From Azolla caroliniana (lineage: Eukaryota; Plantae; Polypodiophyta), in contig JBHGNT010000018.1 of NCBI GenBank assembly GCA_043228905.1, forward strand, positions 10,726,001 to 10,790,000: a stretch of 64,000 nucleotides of DNA, read 5' to 3'. Positions within the stretch are counted from its first letter, which is position 1; each line of letters begins with the position of its first letter. The notes beneath the pieces are model-generated. The model made no database searches and had not been told where the DNA came from. It worked only from the letters and a program-made list of their open reading frames with translations. This document shows, in pieces, positions 61,441-64,000 of the stretch. The position numbers and the translations under genes are program-made.

Positions 61441-61503
61441 GTAGCCATAGTATAGGGAAAAGGGTAGGAGGATGAGGGAGAACGACAAGTAGGCTTAAGG
61501 AAA

Positions 61504-61515
61504 AAATTGGTTCAA
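61504..61515 (-). promoter_or_regulatory. Putative self-priming PBS of G
   Basis: No TGG tRNA PBS; TTGAACCAATTT is complementary to the LTR sequence at 61715-61726. Confidence 0.7.
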
Positions 61516-61517
61516 AT

Positions 61518-61606
61518 TGTCAAGAATAGTACTAAAACAGAGAGAGAATTAGTACTAAAGAAGAAAAGTACTATTAGTACTAAGAGGACGGGACTGCATA
61601 AGATTC

Positions 61607-61652
<46 letters not shown>

Positions 61653-61943
61653 GATAACAACTATATATTATGTGAAGGATAAGTACAAAGTGGCTAAGAG
61701 GCTTAAGATTGGCGTTGAACCAATTTGGTTCAACATAATGCCTAGTGCCTTCTTTTATAGTGTTCTCAGGAGTAATCCTGAAGCTTCTAGAATGTTCTAG
61801 AGAAATCTGGAATATACATTAATTTCCTATAATAAAACTTAAATGAAAATAACATCTTATGTATTATAATAGATGGTATAATGGTCAAGAGCTCAACCCA
61901 TATAACATAAGGTCATGGGTTCGAGTCTTGCCATATCATGACA
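61518..61943 (-). repeat. 5' LTR of G
   Basis: TGTCA..TGACA; (GA)n; TATA 61753-61759 on the minus strand. Confidence 0.9.
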
Positions 61944-63320
61944 CCTACAATGTCACACATATAAATTTTACAAGCATACATCCATACACATGTATACATA
62001 CATTGCATATATATATTACATACATGCATGCATGCATACACATACATACATTGCATATGTATATTACATACACATACATACATACATTACATATGTACAT
62101 AGATAACATCGCACACACACACACACACAATCATACACACTACAATAGTGCATATATACATACACATACATACATTAGATATATACATGGATATTATGCA
62201 CATATTACAATCACACATCCATACACTTTGAATCATATATATTGACATATGTATATATGCATACACATACACACATTGCATGCATCACATACATTACATA
62301 TGCATACACATTCGTACATTTGTACATGGACATACATATATTCATTCATACATTGGTACACATATATATGTACATATGCCTACAATGATACACATATAAA
62401 TTTTATAAACATACATCCATACATGCACACATCCATACATACTTACTTACATATATGTTCCATAAATTACATATATACATACATATATTCCTAATACACA
62501 CAATAGTATATGTATACATAAATAAGATATATACATATATATTATGCACATATTACAATCACATGTTCATACACATTGAATCATATACATTGGCATATGT
62601 ATATGTGCATACACATACACATACACACATTGCATACATCACATACATTACATATGCATATATACATATGTGCATTCGTACATGGACATACATATATACA
62701 TTCATACATTGCTACACGTATATACGTACATATGCCTATAGTGATATACATATAAGTTTTATAAACATACATCCATACAGATGCATACATACATTACATA
62801 TGCCTATATGCATACACATATGTACATTCGTATATGGATATACATATATTCATTCATAAATTGCTACACGTATACACACACTATGCCTACAATGATGTAT
62901 CAATTTTACCAACATACGCCATTCCTTGAAAATATACATAGACAAATACATGTGCATATGTATGTATTGTATTGTATGGATGGATATATGGATGTAATTT
63001 TGTAACATTTATACATGTATCATGGAAGGCATGTGTACATATATACGTGTAACAATGTACGGATGTATATATATAAGTTTTATAAACATACATCCATACA
63101 GATGCATACATACATTGTTACACGTATATATGTACACATGCCTTCCATGATACATGTATAAATGTTACAAAATTACATCCATATATCCATCCATACAATA
63201 CAATACATACATATGCACATACATAGTACATATACACAAGTACATAACACATACTTACAAACTCACATGCCATACACAATACAATATGTACATACATACA
63301 CACATGCCATACATACAATA
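61944..63320. repeat. AT-rich TACA low-complexity tract (right part) with degenerate ~350-430-bp units
   Basis: ATACATCCATAC recurs near 61977, 62411, 62767 and 63088. Confidence 0.8.
62950..63220. repeat. Perfect 110-bp inverted repeat with a 51-bp spacer
   Basis: 62950-63059 is the exact reverse complement of 63111-63220 (checked by eye). Confidence 0.88.
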
Positions 63321-63478
63321 CATAGAATCGATGTAGTTTTTTTACAAAAATGGGGGAAGAAATGGAGGGAGATTACATACATGTGTGTTATGTTTTAGAA
63401 AAATTGTGGAGGGAAAAGAAGAAAGGGGGGAAAGAGAGAAAGAAGGAAAGAAAGGGGTAGGGGATTGGATGTGGGGAA

Positions 63479-63516
<38 letters not shown>

Positions 63517-63521
63517 CCCAG

Positions 63522-63593
63522 ATGGATGTAGCTCAGTTGGTAAGGTTGCCTAATGGAGACCATGTGGTCATGGGTTCAACCCCTACATTCTAC
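63522..63593 (+). pseudogene. tRNA-derived sequence (A and B boxes)
   Basis: TAGCTCAGTTGG 63529-63540 and GGTTCAACCCC 63573-63583; cloverleaf incomplete. Confidence 0.55.
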
Positions 63594-63639
63594 AGTGGCA
63601 TCTAGTGAATTAAGAGATATATAATAGAGAGGTGAGGAA

Positions 63640-63700
63640 GTTGGGTTTCGAACCCACAATGTAGTGCTTGTAGTGCTAACAACTTACCACTAGGGTAAGG
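63640..63700 (-). pseudogene. tRNA-derived sequence, convergent with the previous one
   Basis: TACCCTAGTGGTA..TGGG-TTCGAAA-CCCA T-arm. Confidence 0.45.
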
Positions 63701-64000
63701 TAATTACTATAAAAAAAGAAAGAGAGAGAGAGAGAGAGCTCTAAAGGTTTTTTGCAGAGAGACAAAAACAAGATGAGCATGCGAGCCTTTTGTGGAATTA
63801 TAAGTCATTAGGGATCGTGCCTAACTTCTTGGGTGTTCGATCGAGTCCGAGGGACACAATGATCTCAAAGAGTTTGCAAGTTCCCAATGGAGCTCAAGAT
63901 ATGATTGCCGATGATGGTAGCGATGTCAAAAGTGATGATTTGAAATCTGCCCTAGGGAAGAAAAGACGAGATGGTGATCATGCTCCTATACAATGACTTA

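Larger units (their letters stand above)
48258..61943 (-). mobile_element. Element G: chromovirus (Tcn1-like gypsy) with chromodomain integrase; its 3' LTR is split by F
   Basis: TSD CCTAC (48253-48257, 61944-61948); 5' LTR 61518-61943; 3' LTR 48258-48548 + 56685-56886; PPT 56887-56898. Confidence 0.92.

Noticed and set aside
61859-63398. His/Tyr/Ile/Thr-rich ORFs (also 47534-48263)
   Set aside because: Translation artefacts of TACA low-complexity DNA
63522-63593. Functional tRNA genes here and at 49134-49206
   Set aside because: Acceptor and anticodon stems do not pair canonically; kept only as tRNA-derived boxes
63790-63996. Possible host gene start at the window end
   Set aside because: Short, no domain or splice evidence; cannot be supported from this window

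Overview
Gene-free eukaryotic heterochromatin-like window made almost entirely of nested LTR retrotransposons. The host is probably a bryophyte or other early-diverging land plant. That is inferred from the co-occurrence of tRNA-Trp-primed non-chromovirus gypsy elements (Phygy-like), a self-primed Tcn1-like chromovirus and Tork/Tnt1-like copia. No host gene, rRNA, intact tRNA or CRISPR array was found. Element letters are my labels. Left nest, read from LTR termini, TSDs and interrupted ORFs: copia D3 <- copia D2 <- Phygy-like B <- {Athila/Tat-like A <- unknown LTR X; gag-only C; Phygy-like E <- (near-intact copia D1, hAT MITE)}. Middle: copia D4, a LINE fragment, copia H and a gypsy remnant J split by a hAT-like element that holds a Phygy 3' half (I). 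Right: an AT-rich TACA low-complexity tract <- chromovirus G <- Phygy-like F. The most interesting signals are cis-acting. (1) A GGAUUUU -1 frameshift site plus covarying pseudoknot between gag-PR and RT in three divergent Phygy-like copies. (2) 4-bp TSDs centred on CG (ACGY/CCGC/ACGC/ACGT), suggesting CpG-directed integration. (3) Antisense tRNA-derived Pol III A/B-box units in the U3 of unrelated LTRs. (4) A Tf1-type self-priming PBS. (5) A conserved pre-PPT hairpin with a palindromic loop. Lineage names come from motif recognition, not from database searches.
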